Positions 8,939 through 17,949 of a DNA stretch of 52,139 nt are shown here, in pieces (the stretch's first letter is position 1; every line of letters begins with the position of its first letter). The notes under the pieces are model-generated. The model searched no databases, had not been told where the DNA came from, and worked only from the letters and a program-made list of their open reading frames with translations. A program made the translations under genes and the position numbers. Source of the stretch: a virus (taxonomy: Duplodnaviria; Caudoviricetes); the IMG/VR virus record IMGVR_UViG_3300030419_007825, positions 1-52,139 of that record; one strand, 5' to 3'.

Positions 8939-9626
8939 AACTCCGGACTGGTTTTTTGACAAGTTAAGGCAAAAACACAACTTTTGCTATGTAAGATACA
9001 ATGATGGCGAAATGATGGGCATTGATAGGGTTGGGGCCATAGCAGCAAGAGGGGACCAAGTTGTTAACCGTTCCTTACATGAGAAATTAATCGAGGGTAT
9101 CTCGCACCGGCAGGAAGATTATTATATTGGACTTCCCTGTGGGACTTGCTTCCCCAAACACGCCCAATTAGCCGCAGAGCTGACGCGGGGCCATGGTTGG
9201 ATAACATCAGCAGTGCTGCTAACCAATAGAAATTGGAAAAAATTCTATGATAATTTTCCGGACGCTTGCGGTGAGAGGTCTGTAATATGGGTGGGTGGCA
9301 AATCTCAATCTAAGCAAAATTTAATAGACTATGGACTGAATATAAAGAAGTGTGTTCTGGTGCCAGAAAAAAATAGTTGGACTTACTATGAAAAGTTAAA
9401 AGAATTAGTGCCCCCTCTTTTTGTTAAGAACGACATTGTCGCTGTATCGCTGGGTCCGACAGCAAGGGTGTTGTGTAAAGAATGGTTTGAGGAATACCCC
9501 GATACAACTTTTATAGATATGGGGAGCCTCTTAGACCCAGTAACGCGAGGGGTGTATTTTACTGCCCATAAGGGCTGGGACGAGACAGGGTTCAACCTGC
9601 AGAACAGGTGTCCAGAGTGCAATTGA
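8931..9626 (+). CDS. GT-D fold (DUF1792-like) glycosyltransferase
   Basis: RYNDGE, LGPTARVL and IDMGS match the GT-D signatures R(F/Y)xDGE, LGPxA and IDxG. Confidence 0.7.
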   Translation: MYETPDWFFDKLRQKHNFCYVRYNDGEMMGIDRVGAIAARGDQVVNRSLHEKLIEGISHRQEDYYIGLPCGTCFPKHAQLAAELTRGHGWITSAVLLTNRNWKKFYDNFPDACGERSVIWVGGKSQSKQNLIDYGLNIKKCVLVPEKNSWTYYEKLKELVPPLFVKNDIVAVSLGPTARVLCKEWFEEYPDTTFIDMGSLLDPVTRGVYFTAHKGWDETGFNLQNRCPECN

Positions 9627-10468
9627 AGAAAGTGCTTTTTGCCGGCCCATGGGTGGGAGAGTTTGGTTGGGAACTATTTTGCTGGCATGCCTACGTTAGA
9701 AGCCTTTCAAGGTTTTATGATGAGACTGTGTGTGTTGGCCCACCACATTCCGAGTTCATGTATAGAGATTTTTGTGATAAGTACATAAACTTCACCCCTG
9801 AATATGGTGATTATAGAGACTCGTTTTACAAAGTTGGATTTTCTATTGATGGTCCCCTTATTCGTGGACTAATGAAAAAAGCAGAAATCTCTACAGAAGA
9901 AAATCAGGTTTCGATATTTGCACCTCGGAGAATTGGAGATCCGCCGCGTACACATTACAATGAAAAGTTCCAATTTGGCAATCAACTTATTGCACCTGAG
10001 TATATTAAATTTGGAACACAAAGAGAAGAATACAAAAACACCATTATTTTTCACGCTAGGAATAGGACCTTGCGTCAGGGAGATAACTGGCACGAAGATA
10101 ATTGGAAACCCTTAGCTGAATCTTTGCTTACTAAAGGATACGAGATAGTTTCAATAGGGCTCAAGAGCGAGTCGCTGCATATTGAGAACACAACAGACAA
10201 GAGAGAATGCGATCAACAAGAGTTATTAGATATTTTACATAGTGGTGTTGCGATTTTTGGACCATCATCCGGCGCAATGCATTTAGCAACCCTATGCGGA
10301 TGCTCGCAGATAGTTTGGACAACCGACTATAATTTAGAGAGGTATACAAAAAATTGGAACCCTTTCGAAACGCCTGTGTTATTCTTGTCGAAGCATGGCT
10401 GGCAACCACCTCCCGAATATGTATTTGAGGAATTTGGCAAATGGGGGCGCCACGGAGGAGGTATATAG
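9608..10468 (+). CDS. GT9-like (heptosyltransferase-like) glycosyltransferase
   Basis: N-terminal GEFGWEL, NW...NW..L, and GPSSGAMHLA (xDSGxxHLA-like GT9 motif). Start codon uncertain (9608/9617/9623). Confidence 0.6.
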   Translation: MSRVQLKKVLFAGPWVGEFGWELFCWHAYVRSLSRFYDETVCVGPPHSEFMYRDFCDKYINFTPEYGDYRDSFYKVGFSIDGPLIRGLMKKAEISTEENQVSIFAPRRIGDPPRTHYNEKFQFGNQLIAPEYIKFGTQREEYKNTIIFHARNRTLRQGDNWHEDNWKPLAESLLTKGYEIVSIGLKSESLHIENTTDKRECDQQELLDILHSGVAIFGPSSGAMHLATLCGCSQIVWTTDYNLERYTKNWNPFETPVLFLSKHGWQPPPEYVFEEFGKWGRHGGGI

Positions 10469-10470
10469 GA

Positions 10471-11133
10471 ATGAGTAAGAGTAGCGAAATTGAAAAGCAT
10501 TTTTTGGATGCATTTGCAACCACTAATAAAGAGTTTATTTATATACCAATACCAAAGACGGGCACCAGATCAATCCTTAAACTGATGAATAAGATTTATG
10601 GAAAAGACCTTAAATTTTCTCACCACTCCTATAAATGGGTAGCCAACACGATCTCCCAAGCAGAGTTGGCGCGCGCAAAAGTTTTTGCAACCGTTAGAAA
10701 TCCCTGGGCTAGGATGTATTCTATATTTTCATATTATGGACCTCAGAGTAAGTTCCCTCTTAAGTCAAAAAACTTCAGGGATTTTATAATGACATCTCCC
10801 ATAGAATATGCCAATTGGTATCAGGACGAGGGCTGCTGGGAAGATTTTTATAATCAATCTCGATGGCTCGCAGATGTGTCCGGAGAAATAAAAGTTGATA
10901 AAATATTTAAATTAGAAAATTTAAATAATCGAGATCTTAATGGTTTTTTTGGAGTAAGTGGGCACAAGATTTATCATGTAAATCGGTCTACCTCCAAGAA
11001 GCAACATTACTCTTTATTTTACGATGATGATATGATTGAAGTCGTTTATAAATTGTGCAAAGAGGACATCGACAATTTTAATTATAATTTTGAATACAAA
11101 GAGAACACAGAGAAGAGGGATAAAAATGGATAA
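10471..11133 (+). CDS. Sulfotransferase (Sulfotransfer_2-like)
   Basis: 5'-PSB IPKTGTRSI, 3'-PB VRNPWARMYS, KLENL, and C-terminal DIDNFNYNF. Confidence 0.8.
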   Translation: MSKSSEIEKHFLDAFATTNKEFIYIPIPKTGTRSILKLMNKIYGKDLKFSHHSYKWVANTISQAELARAKVFATVRNPWARMYSIFSYYGPQSKFPLKSKNFRDFIMTSPIEYANWYQDEGCWEDFYNQSRWLADVSGEIKVDKIFKLENLNNRDLNGFFGVSGHKIYHVNRSTSKKQHYSLFYDDDMIEVVYKLCKEDIDNFNYNFEYKENTEKRDKNG

Positions 11134-11755
11134 AAAATTGTTAAAGCTTACGGAAGATGGCTTGAGCTTATGGTATGAAGAAAATTATGATAAAAGTTGG
11201 TTTGTTGAGTGCACGGGTGTGGAATATTTAAAGAATTATTACACAAATCATCGCCCTAGACTGTTTGAGCGCTATCACGGATGGTTTGGTAGCCTAGGCC
11301 TAACAGGACATGGACTAGATCTTGGATTCACCAATGGAAGAGGGATTTACTTCTTTTCTAGGATCTTCCCACACTGCAAAATTACGGCCATTGATTTTAA
11401 TAAAAATACAGAATTAATACACGACCACCTAAAGAATTTAATTCCACAGATTGTAGAACTAAGAACCGAAAATTGTTCTGCTCTTTCCGATCCAGATGAA
11501 AAATATGATTTTTGCACCTCGACAGATTTTTATGAACATGTAGATGAGAGCACATATTTTAAGTCAATAAGAGAAGTTCATAGAGTTTTAAAAAAGCAAG
11601 GAAAATTTTGTGTATATTTAGGAAAAACAATCCTACCGGAGCACATTAATTTGAGACCTGATTGGCAAGTATTCCAAGATATGAAACATAACGGCTTTAA
11701 ATTTATAGATAAAAGAAATGATTTACTAGTTTTTGAAAAAAATGAAACTTCTTAG
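11126..11755 (+). CDS. Class I SAM-dependent methyltransferase
   Basis: LDLGFTNG motif I, AIDFN, YDF....FYEHV, EVHRVLKKQG. Confidence 0.75.
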   Translation: MDKKLLKLTEDGLSLWYEENYDKSWFVECTGVEYLKNYYTNHRPRLFERYHGWFGSLGLTGHGLDLGFTNGRGIYFFSRIFPHCKITAIDFNKNTELIHDHLKNLIPQIVELRTENCSALSDPDEKYDFCTSTDFYEHVDESTYFKSIREVHRVLKKQGKFCVYLGKTILPEHINLRPDWQVFQDMKHNGFKFIDKRNDLLVFEKNETS

Positions 11756-12749
11756 CGTAATTGGCACAAGGCCACAATATATTAAAATAAAGCCATTCTA
11801 TGATTTTTGCAAAAGGCAAAACATAGATCATCAAATTCTGGATACACTTCAGCATTACTCCGATAATGTTTCGAAAGATTTAATTGGTGACCTTGACCTC
11901 AGAATAGATTTTACCTTAAAAACACGAAAAGACAGCGAGCTTTCCTTCATCGCGGGTGCACTAGAAGAAATAGGACAAATTCTTCAAAGAGAAAGTCCCG
12001 ATTATGTTTTGGTTTATGGTGACACGAACTCTACCCTGTGTGCGTCTTTAGCGGCCTATAAATTGAATATTCCCGTTGCTCATGTGGAAGCAGGGCTGCG
12101 ATGTGGAGATATTCGCGTCCCGGAAGAGGTAAACCGGATCTTTGCAGATACAGTAGCGGCGATACAATTGTGTTCTTCCAAAGCTGGAATGAAAAACCTT
12201 CAACGTGGAATATATTGTGGGGATTTAGAGTATGAGATTTTAAACACCATAAACCCTTCAGTTGTACATGGCGATTTTGGAGTAATGACAATTCATCGAC
12301 AGAGTAATACCACGCCAGAGCAATTGCACAAGATTCTAGATTTTTGCTCCCAAATTCCTCACCATATTCGTTTTTATGTACACCACCGTACGTTGCCATT
12401 CTTGCGCTACGTCGACCTTCCTACCAATATAGAGGTGTACGAATCGTGTCCTTATTCGGAGATGGTGAAGAACTTGGCAGAATGTAAATTTATTTTGACA
12501 GACTCGGGTGGGATTCAGAAAACGGCCCCTTTTTTTGGCAAGAAAACTTTGGTGTTTCGGTCTAAAATTGAGTGGACCGAGACCGAAGAGGCCGGGTATG
12601 TCAAAAAAGCGGATTATAGCAAAGAGAGCCTAAATTGGCTCCTATCAGGGAATACACGACGCTCGCCTGCTTTCTATGGGAGCACCACTAACACGACTTC
12701 GGAGATAATCTATAATTCCATCGCCCAAGACCTGGAGGGTCGAGCCTAA
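11742..12749 (+). CDS. Non-hydrolysing UDP-sugar 2-epimerase (WecB/WbpI-like)
   Basis: GTRPQYIK, YGDTNSTL, HVEAGLR, PEEVNR, TDSGGIQK, EWTE. Confidence 0.9.
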   Translation: MKLLSVIGTRPQYIKIKPFYDFCKRQNIDHQILDTLQHYSDNVSKDLIGDLDLRIDFTLKTRKDSELSFIAGALEEIGQILQRESPDYVLVYGDTNSTLCASLAAYKLNIPVAHVEAGLRCGDIRVPEEVNRIFADTVAAIQLCSSKAGMKNLQRGIYCGDLEYEILNTINPSVVHGDFGVMTIHRQSNTTPEQLHKILDFCSQIPHHIRFYVHHRTLPFLRYVDLPTNIEVYESCPYSEMVKNLAECKFILTDSGGIQKTAPFFGKKTLVFRSKIEWTETEEAGYVKKADYSKESLNWLLSGNTRRSPAFYGSTTNTTSEIIYNSIAQDLEGRA

Positions 12750-13837
12750 TGAGTGTGCCATTATTTGATTTGCGGAGAGTTATTCATCCGCATGCGTCTT
12801 CTTTAAGGAGGGCATTTGAATCCTCTCTCGAAACCTGTCATTTTATCAACGGTCCTGCAGTTACAGACTGGGAGGCCGACTTGGATGACTATTTGGGGGC
12901 TGGTAAGAGTTTGGGCATCTCAAGTGGAACGGATGCATTGTTGGCCATTTTTATGGCCCTAGGACTTGAACCTGGGAGCGAGATATTGGTGACGTCCTTT
13001 ACATTTGTCGCCTCAGCGACGTCTATCGTAAGAGCAGGACTCAAGCCGGTGTTCGTTGATACAGCACCCCAATCTTTCCACCCTGGTCTTGAAGAATACG
13101 CGGCCGCCATGACTACAAATACTAAGGCAGTATTGTTAGTTCATATCTTCGGTGCGCCCAACAATATGGCCGAGATGGTTAACTTTTGCAAAACCAATGA
13201 TCTCCTATTAATTGAAGATTGCGCCCAGTCTTTAGGCGCCGAATGGGAAGGTCAAAAAATAGGTACTTTTGGGGATGCTAGTGCGTTCAGTTTTTTCCCG
13301 GCAAAGAACCTAGGTTGTTTTGGGGACGGCGGCGCCGTATCGACACCCTCGACCAAAATATATGAAACTATTAAAGCAATTAGGTCACATGGTGCAAAAA
13401 CAAAGTACCATACCGAAATGATGGGAGGCAATTTTCGTCTAGACACAATTCAGGCATCAATCTTGAGTGTTCTCTTGCCTGCATTGTCCGGTTGGCTTTC
13501 CCAGAGGGGCGAGAATGCTTTATATTATCTTGAGCACATTAATGAAAGTAAAAGCACACAACTTCCTGAGAATCTCAAAGGGCATTCGTGGAACCAGTTT
13601 ACTCTACGATCGTCCAGGCGCGATGCTCTTAAAATATATTTAGATGAAAATAACATAGGAAATGCAGTATACTATCCTATACCGTTACACAAACAACCTT
13701 TATTTGCCACCACTACTACCCAGTGTCTTCCGAACGTAGAAAAACTGTGTAAAGAGGTTTTATCGCTTCCAATATATCCTGGATTAACGCGAGATGAGCA
13801 AATAGAAGTAGTCGATAAGATTAACTGTTTTAAATAA
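12749..13837 (+). CDS. DegT/DnrJ/EryC1/StrS sugar aminotransferase (WbpE-like)
   Basis: SGTDAL, FTFVAS, EDCAQSLG, SFFPAKNLGCFGDGG, NFRLDTIQA, YYPIPLH, LSLPIYP. Confidence 0.9.
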   Translation: MSVPLFDLRRVIHPHASSLRRAFESSLETCHFINGPAVTDWEADLDDYLGAGKSLGISSGTDALLAIFMALGLEPGSEILVTSFTFVASATSIVRAGLKPVFVDTAPQSFHPGLEEYAAAMTTNTKAVLLVHIFGAPNNMAEMVNFCKTNDLLLIEDCAQSLGAEWEGQKIGTFGDASAFSFFPAKNLGCFGDGGAVSTPSTKIYETIKAIRSHGAKTKYHTEMMGGNFRLDTIQASILSVLLPALSGWLSQRGENALYYLEHINESKSTQLPENLKGHSWNQFTLRSSRRDALKIYLDENNIGNAVYYPIPLHKQPLFATTTTQCLPNVEKLCKEVLSLPIYPGLTRDEQIEVVDKINCFK

Positions 13838-13872
13838 TGTTGGTTGACAAGGACTGAACAGGTGGGAACACA

Positions 13873-14547
13873 ATGATATATATATTAACATACGACTCTT
13901 TTCATAGAAAAACGCAAGATCTCCTTTTGCGCCTTAAGGCTACCGGAGTGTCAGAGGCGCATGTATTAATTACCCCATGGGAAGATAGAAAAAATCACGT
14001 TCCCCTCATTCCTCATAGACCCCCCACAACTTTAGAAGTTGATACTGTCACTCTTTGCGACAGATTATCTTTTAAAAGCACAAAGATTGATTCATTCGAT
14101 GAGATGCCCCCACTGGAAGAAGAAGACTTTATTTTGATTGGGGGCGCCGGTATCCTACCAGAAAAAGTAGTAAAAAGCGGAAAAGTTATCAATTCTCATC
14201 CCGGCTATCTTCCGTACTGCCGCGGCCTGGATTCCTATAAATGGGCTATCTACGAAGGTAAGCCAATTGGGGTTACAACCCATATAGTATCGGAAGGGTG
14301 TGACACTGGTAAATTGATTAAGGCAAAACTGGTGCCGTTATATTCATGGGATACTTTTCATAGTGTAGCTCAAAGACAGTACGAACTAGAAATTGATATG
14401 CTTGTCGAGGCTATAAAAGATATAAAAACCTCTAAGTTGGAGCCCATAGACGAAACTCGGTCTTCGCCCAAAAGAAGAATGAAACACTCCATGGAGGTTC
14501 GTTTGTTGTCTCGATTTCAACAGATAGTAGACAAGTGTGAGATTTAA
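13873..14547 (+). CDS. Formyltransferase (N10-formyl-THF dependent; sugar N-formyltransferase-like)
   Basis: INSHPGYLPYCRG, WAI, GVTTH and DTG carry the N-H-D catalytic residues of the GART/FMT fold. Confidence 0.8.
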   Translation: MIYILTYDSFHRKTQDLLLRLKATGVSEAHVLITPWEDRKNHVPLIPHRPPTTLEVDTVTLCDRLSFKSTKIDSFDEMPPLEEEDFILIGGAGILPEKVVKSGKVINSHPGYLPYCRGLDSYKWAIYEGKPIGVTTHIVSEGCDTGKLIKAKLVPLYSWDTFHSVAQRQYELEIDMLVEAIKDIKTSKLEPIDETRSSPKRRMKHSMEVRLLSRFQQIVDKCEI

Positions 14548-14574
14548 TTAAGTGCCTGAAAAAAGGAAAATAAA

Positions 14575-15516
14575 ATGTTGAGATTTGGACTACTGGGTGC
14601 TGCTGGTTTTGTGGCGCCCCGCCACCTGCAGGCGATAAAAGAAACCAACAATAACTTATTAGCAGCAATAGATCCTCACGACTCAGTGGGGATCCTAGAT
14701 TCTTACTTCCCTCAAGCTGATTTTTTTACCGAGCCGGAAAGATTTGAAAGACACCTAGATCGCCTTAAGGACAAGGGGAAAAAGCTCGATTATTTATCCA
14801 TTTGTTCGCCAAATTATTTACATGATGCCCACATAAGAATGGGGCTTAAGAATGATATTGATGTGGTGTGTGAAAAGCCACTCTTGGTAAACCCTAAAAA
14901 CGTTGAATTGTTAAAAAAACTAGAGAAGGAAACGGGAAGAAAAATAAATTGCATTTTGCAACTTAGACTTCATGACACTATCGTCTCACTGAAAAAAGAT
15001 ATAGATAAAAATAAAATTTATGATATAGATTTAACTTATATAACACGTCGAGGAAAGTGGTACGAATACTCTTGGAAAGGTGATATTCATAAATCTGGAG
15101 GCCTTGCCATGAATATCGGAATTCATTTTTTTGATATGCTCATGTGGATTTTTGGAGAGTGCCTCGAAAGTAAAGTTTTTTATAGAACAGCGGACGCTAT
15201 TAGTGGGCGCTTGGTTCTCGACAGAGCACGAGTTAGATGGACTTTGAGCACTGATTCCACCATGTTACCAAAAAATGTTAAGGCTCCGTATCGGTCAATA
15301 TTAATCGATGGGAAAGAGCTGGAATTTAGTCATGGGTTTACAGATTTACATACAAAAAGCTACAAGCAGGTTATTGAGGGTGAAGGATTTGGCACTGCCG
15401 ACGTGATGGGGTCGCTAGAGGCCACCAGTGAAATAATGTCCTCCCGGATAGAGCCAGTTCTAGATAGGGCTTGGGTCCACCCTCTCTGTCCGGTGCTGGC
15501 CCTCCAGGAGAAGTAA
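14575..15516 (+). CDS. wbpB: Gfo/Idh/MocA oxidoreductase, WbpB/WlbA-like UDP-GlcNAcA 3-dehydrogenase
   Basis: GAAGFVAPRH, DSVGILDSYFP, SPNYLH, CEKPL, LQLR, SWKG..KSGG..NIGIHFFD and FTDLH closely match WbpB/WlbA. Confidence 0.85.
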   Translation: MLRFGLLGAAGFVAPRHLQAIKETNNNLLAAIDPHDSVGILDSYFPQADFFTEPERFERHLDRLKDKGKKLDYLSICSPNYLHDAHIRMGLKNDIDVVCEKPLLVNPKNVELLKKLEKETGRKINCILQLRLHDTIVSLKKDIDKNKIYDIDLTYITRRGKWYEYSWKGDIHKSGGLAMNIGIHFFDMLMWIFGECLESKVFYRTADAISGRLVLDRARVRWTLSTDSTMLPKNVKAPYRSILIDGKELEFSHGFTDLHTKSYKQVIEGEGFGTADVMGSLEATSEIMSSRIEPVLDRAWVHPLCPVLALQEK

Positions 15517-15519
15517 AAG

Positions 15520-16545
15520 ATGAAGGTACTCTATATAACCCCCCAGGGAGTAGGAGGCACATCACCACAGATAGAGATGGCGCAACATCTAAGACCACGG
15601 TTTGAAAGGCTAGACTTGTGTATTATCGGCCTAGACAACTTGTCTGCCTATAGAAAAGATTGGGATGTTGTGTTTGGGGCGATGGAAACGGCATGCCCGG
15701 TCGCTTTACAAGTATCGTCACAGATGAACATTCCAGCATATGGTCATTGGGAGTACATCCCCCCATTTAGGATACATGGGTACCCGGGAGGCTCAGACCC
15801 TTTGTTATGGGGCTATCGAGAAGAGCATCTGGCGGAACATTATCAAAATAAGCGCTTTTATTCCTTGTATAAATCTATAATTGATGCGGCGGCCCAAAGT
15901 ACCATTAGTTCTTGCGCTGGCCATGCCTTTAAGGAAACAGCAAAAACCTTTTCAGGACACGATTTAGATAATTGCTTTATCAAATATCCTGCCAGCCCAA
16001 TGCCTCTAAATAAAGACCGCAATGCGGAAAAAAGAGATTATTTTATTACGGTTTCCCGGCTAGTTCCCAACAAAAGGGTGGCCGATCTGGCTAAGGCTGT
16101 TCGCAAAGCAAACTTAGAAACAACCTGGGTGATAGTGGGCGACGGCCCCGAAAAGGCCGAAATAAACCGAATTATGAAGGACAGCAAAACCAAAGTACAC
16201 TATATGCCCAATACGAACGGAGAGAAAAAGTTTTTCTTTCTTTCCAGAGCTAAGTTCCAACTTTCAGCATGGCATGGTTTGCCCCAATTAGAGGCTGCTC
16301 TGGTGGGAACACCGACTATTAATTTAGATATAGATTATATCCGAGAACTTTATGGCGATAGCCTTACGTGGGCAGCCACCACTGAGGATCTTGTTCACGA
16401 GATGAGAAATTTCGCTGAAAACCCTGTTATGTGTAAACAAAAGGCCGACACGCTTTATGAGGCAGCCATTGGAGACGCATTAAACATAAACACCATAGAT
16501 CAGGCGGCAGATATAATTGAGGATACTTTAAGAAAAATACTATAA
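15520..16545 (+). CDS. Glycosyltransferase, GT-B fold (GT4-like)
   Basis: VSRLVPNKRV, IVGDGPE, GLPQLEAALVGTP. Confidence 0.75.
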   Translation: MKVLYITPQGVGGTSPQIEMAQHLRPRFERLDLCIIGLDNLSAYRKDWDVVFGAMETACPVALQVSSQMNIPAYGHWEYIPPFRIHGYPGGSDPLLWGYREEHLAEHYQNKRFYSLYKSIIDAAAQSTISSCAGHAFKETAKTFSGHDLDNCFIKYPASPMPLNKDRNAEKRDYFITVSRLVPNKRVADLAKAVRKANLETTWVIVGDGPEKAEINRIMKDSKTKVHYMPNTNGEKKFFFLSRAKFQLSAWHGLPQLEAALVGTPTINLDIDYIRELYGDSLTWAATTEDLVHEMRNFAENPVMCKQKADTLYEAAIGDALNINTIDQAADIIEDTLRKIL

Positions 16546-16628
16546 TTTAATTATAAGAAAGGCTAGTTTGCGAAGCTTAGGGAGAAATAGGGAATGAAAT
16601 TAGACTCAAGGGAAGAGGAAATTTACGC

Positions 16629-17489
16629 GTGAGGTATATACTTGTCACCGGTGGAGCCGGATTTGTGGGGACGGCACTTATCAGGGAATTGGTTAAAGAT
16701 CCGAGCAACTGTGTTTATTCGTTAGACAATTACTTTACCGGTACAGAAAAAAATCATGTGGAAGGCGCCACCTATATTAGGGGCAACACACAGCATATAC
16801 AGGACTTAATCCACGATGGTAGCAAAATTGATATCGTATACCATTTTGGAGAATACTCCAGAGTTTCCACATCTTTTGAAGATAATGAAACTGTCTGGAG
16901 ATCAAATGTAGCGGGTACCCGAGAGGTATTAGAATTTTGTCGCAGAAACAATTGCAAATTAATTTATTCTGCTTCTAGTACTAAGTTTGGCGATGGCGGC
17001 ACAAATGCGTATGCTTCGCCCTATGCTCTTTCTAAGTCACAAAACACGGAGTTGATAAGATGCTACTCAGAATGGTTTGGCTTGGATTCGGTTATTTGCT
17101 ACTTTTATAACGTATATGGCCCAGGGCAAATCACTGAGGGCAAATATGCCACTGTTATCGGTATATTTGAGAGGCAGTATTTTGCTGACGAGCCACTTAC
17201 AGTTGTATTCCCGGGCACCCAGGAGCGATCTTTTACGCACATAGACGATGTGGTCTCTGCGTTAATAAAGTTACAAAAGGTAAAGGGTGATAATTATTGT
17301 ATCGGGAATACCGAGGCATATCAGATAGTTGAGGTAGCTAAAATGTTTAGTGATAATCTGGTATACTTAGATGAGCGCCCGGGCGAGCGCTACACAACCG
17401 CCATCGATCTTACAAAGATGGCGGAACTAGGGTGGAAGCCTGTACATAATTTGCCCGCATATGTGAAAGACATTTTACAAGGAGAATGA
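16629..17489 (+). CDS. NAD-dependent nucleotide-sugar epimerase/dehydratase (extended SDR)
   Basis: TGGAGFVG, SASS, YALSK (YxxxK), YNVYGP, RSFTHIDD. GTG start. Confidence 0.9.
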   Translation: MRYILVTGGAGFVGTALIRELVKDPSNCVYSLDNYFTGTEKNHVEGATYIRGNTQHIQDLIHDGSKIDIVYHFGEYSRVSTSFEDNETVWRSNVAGTREVLEFCRRNNCKLIYSASSTKFGDGGTNAYASPYALSKSQNTELIRCYSEWFGLDSVICYFYNVYGPGQITEGKYATVIGIFERQYFADEPLTVVFPGTQERSFTHIDDVVSALIKLQKVKGDNYCIGNTEAYQIVEVAKMFSDNLVYLDERPGERYTTAIDLTKMAELGWKPVHNLPAYVKDILQGE

Positions 17490-17490
17490 G

Positions 17491-17691
17491 ATGAAACTAT
17501 CCGACCAAGCGTTAGGTGCCCTAATGATGGCATTACAAAAATCATTAATAGAACAAACTGATATTGTGCCTGTCTTAAAGGACATGAACTTTGAAACTGA
17601 AGAAACTGAGGAGACGGACGTCCCTACTTTGGTGATTACCAATCCTCCCGTGTTTTCTCTGGATGATGCTGTATTTAATGACGAGGCCTAA
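17491..17691 (+). CDS. Small hypothetical protein
   Basis: 66-aa ORF with SD AGGAG, co-linear with neighbours. Confidence 0.6.
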   Translation: MKLSDQALGALMMALQKSLIEQTDIVPVLKDMNFETEETEETDVPTLVITNPPVFSLDDAVFNDEA

Positions 17692-17697
17692 AACCTG

Positions 17698-17949
17698 ATG
17701 CCCCGTTATGAGTACCGCTGCGGCAATTGCAAACAAACGTCTACAGTTATGCATGCGTCTGCAGAGCAGGCCACAGAGTGCCCCAAATGCAATATTTCGG
17801 GATCTCTTACAAAACTGCTATCAGCATTTTCTACAGCACCTCCGCCTCGTAAGGTGCACACCAAGGTAGGAGAAGTTACGGAAGATTTTATAGCCACATC
17901 TCGTGAAGAGCTGCAGCAACAAAAAAACGACCTAACTAAGAATAGATGA
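17698..17949 (+). CDS. FmdB-like zinc-ribbon protein
   Basis: MPRYEYRCGNC...CPKC...LTKLLS. Confidence 0.75.
   Translation: MPRYEYRCGNCKQTSTVMHASAEQATECPKCNISGSLTKLLSAFSTAPPPRKVHTKVGEVTEDFIATSREELQQQKNDLTKNR

Noticed and set aside
13838-13872. Sigma70 promoter from TTGACA at 13844-13849
   Set aside because: There is no acceptable -10 hexamer at 16-18 nt spacing.
16541-16632. AT-rich near-palindrome (TATAATTTAATTATA) and a 12-aa mini-ORF (16594-16632, MKLDSREEEIYA) overlapping the epimerase start
   Set aside because: It could be a promoter or a deletion scar, but it is too short and AT-rich to distinguish from chance.
1758-17489. Bacterial LPS/capsule locus on a host chromosome
   Set aside because: No transport, polymerase or initiating transferase genes and no housekeeping genes. 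The island is continuous and co-oriented with phage-type genes on both sides.
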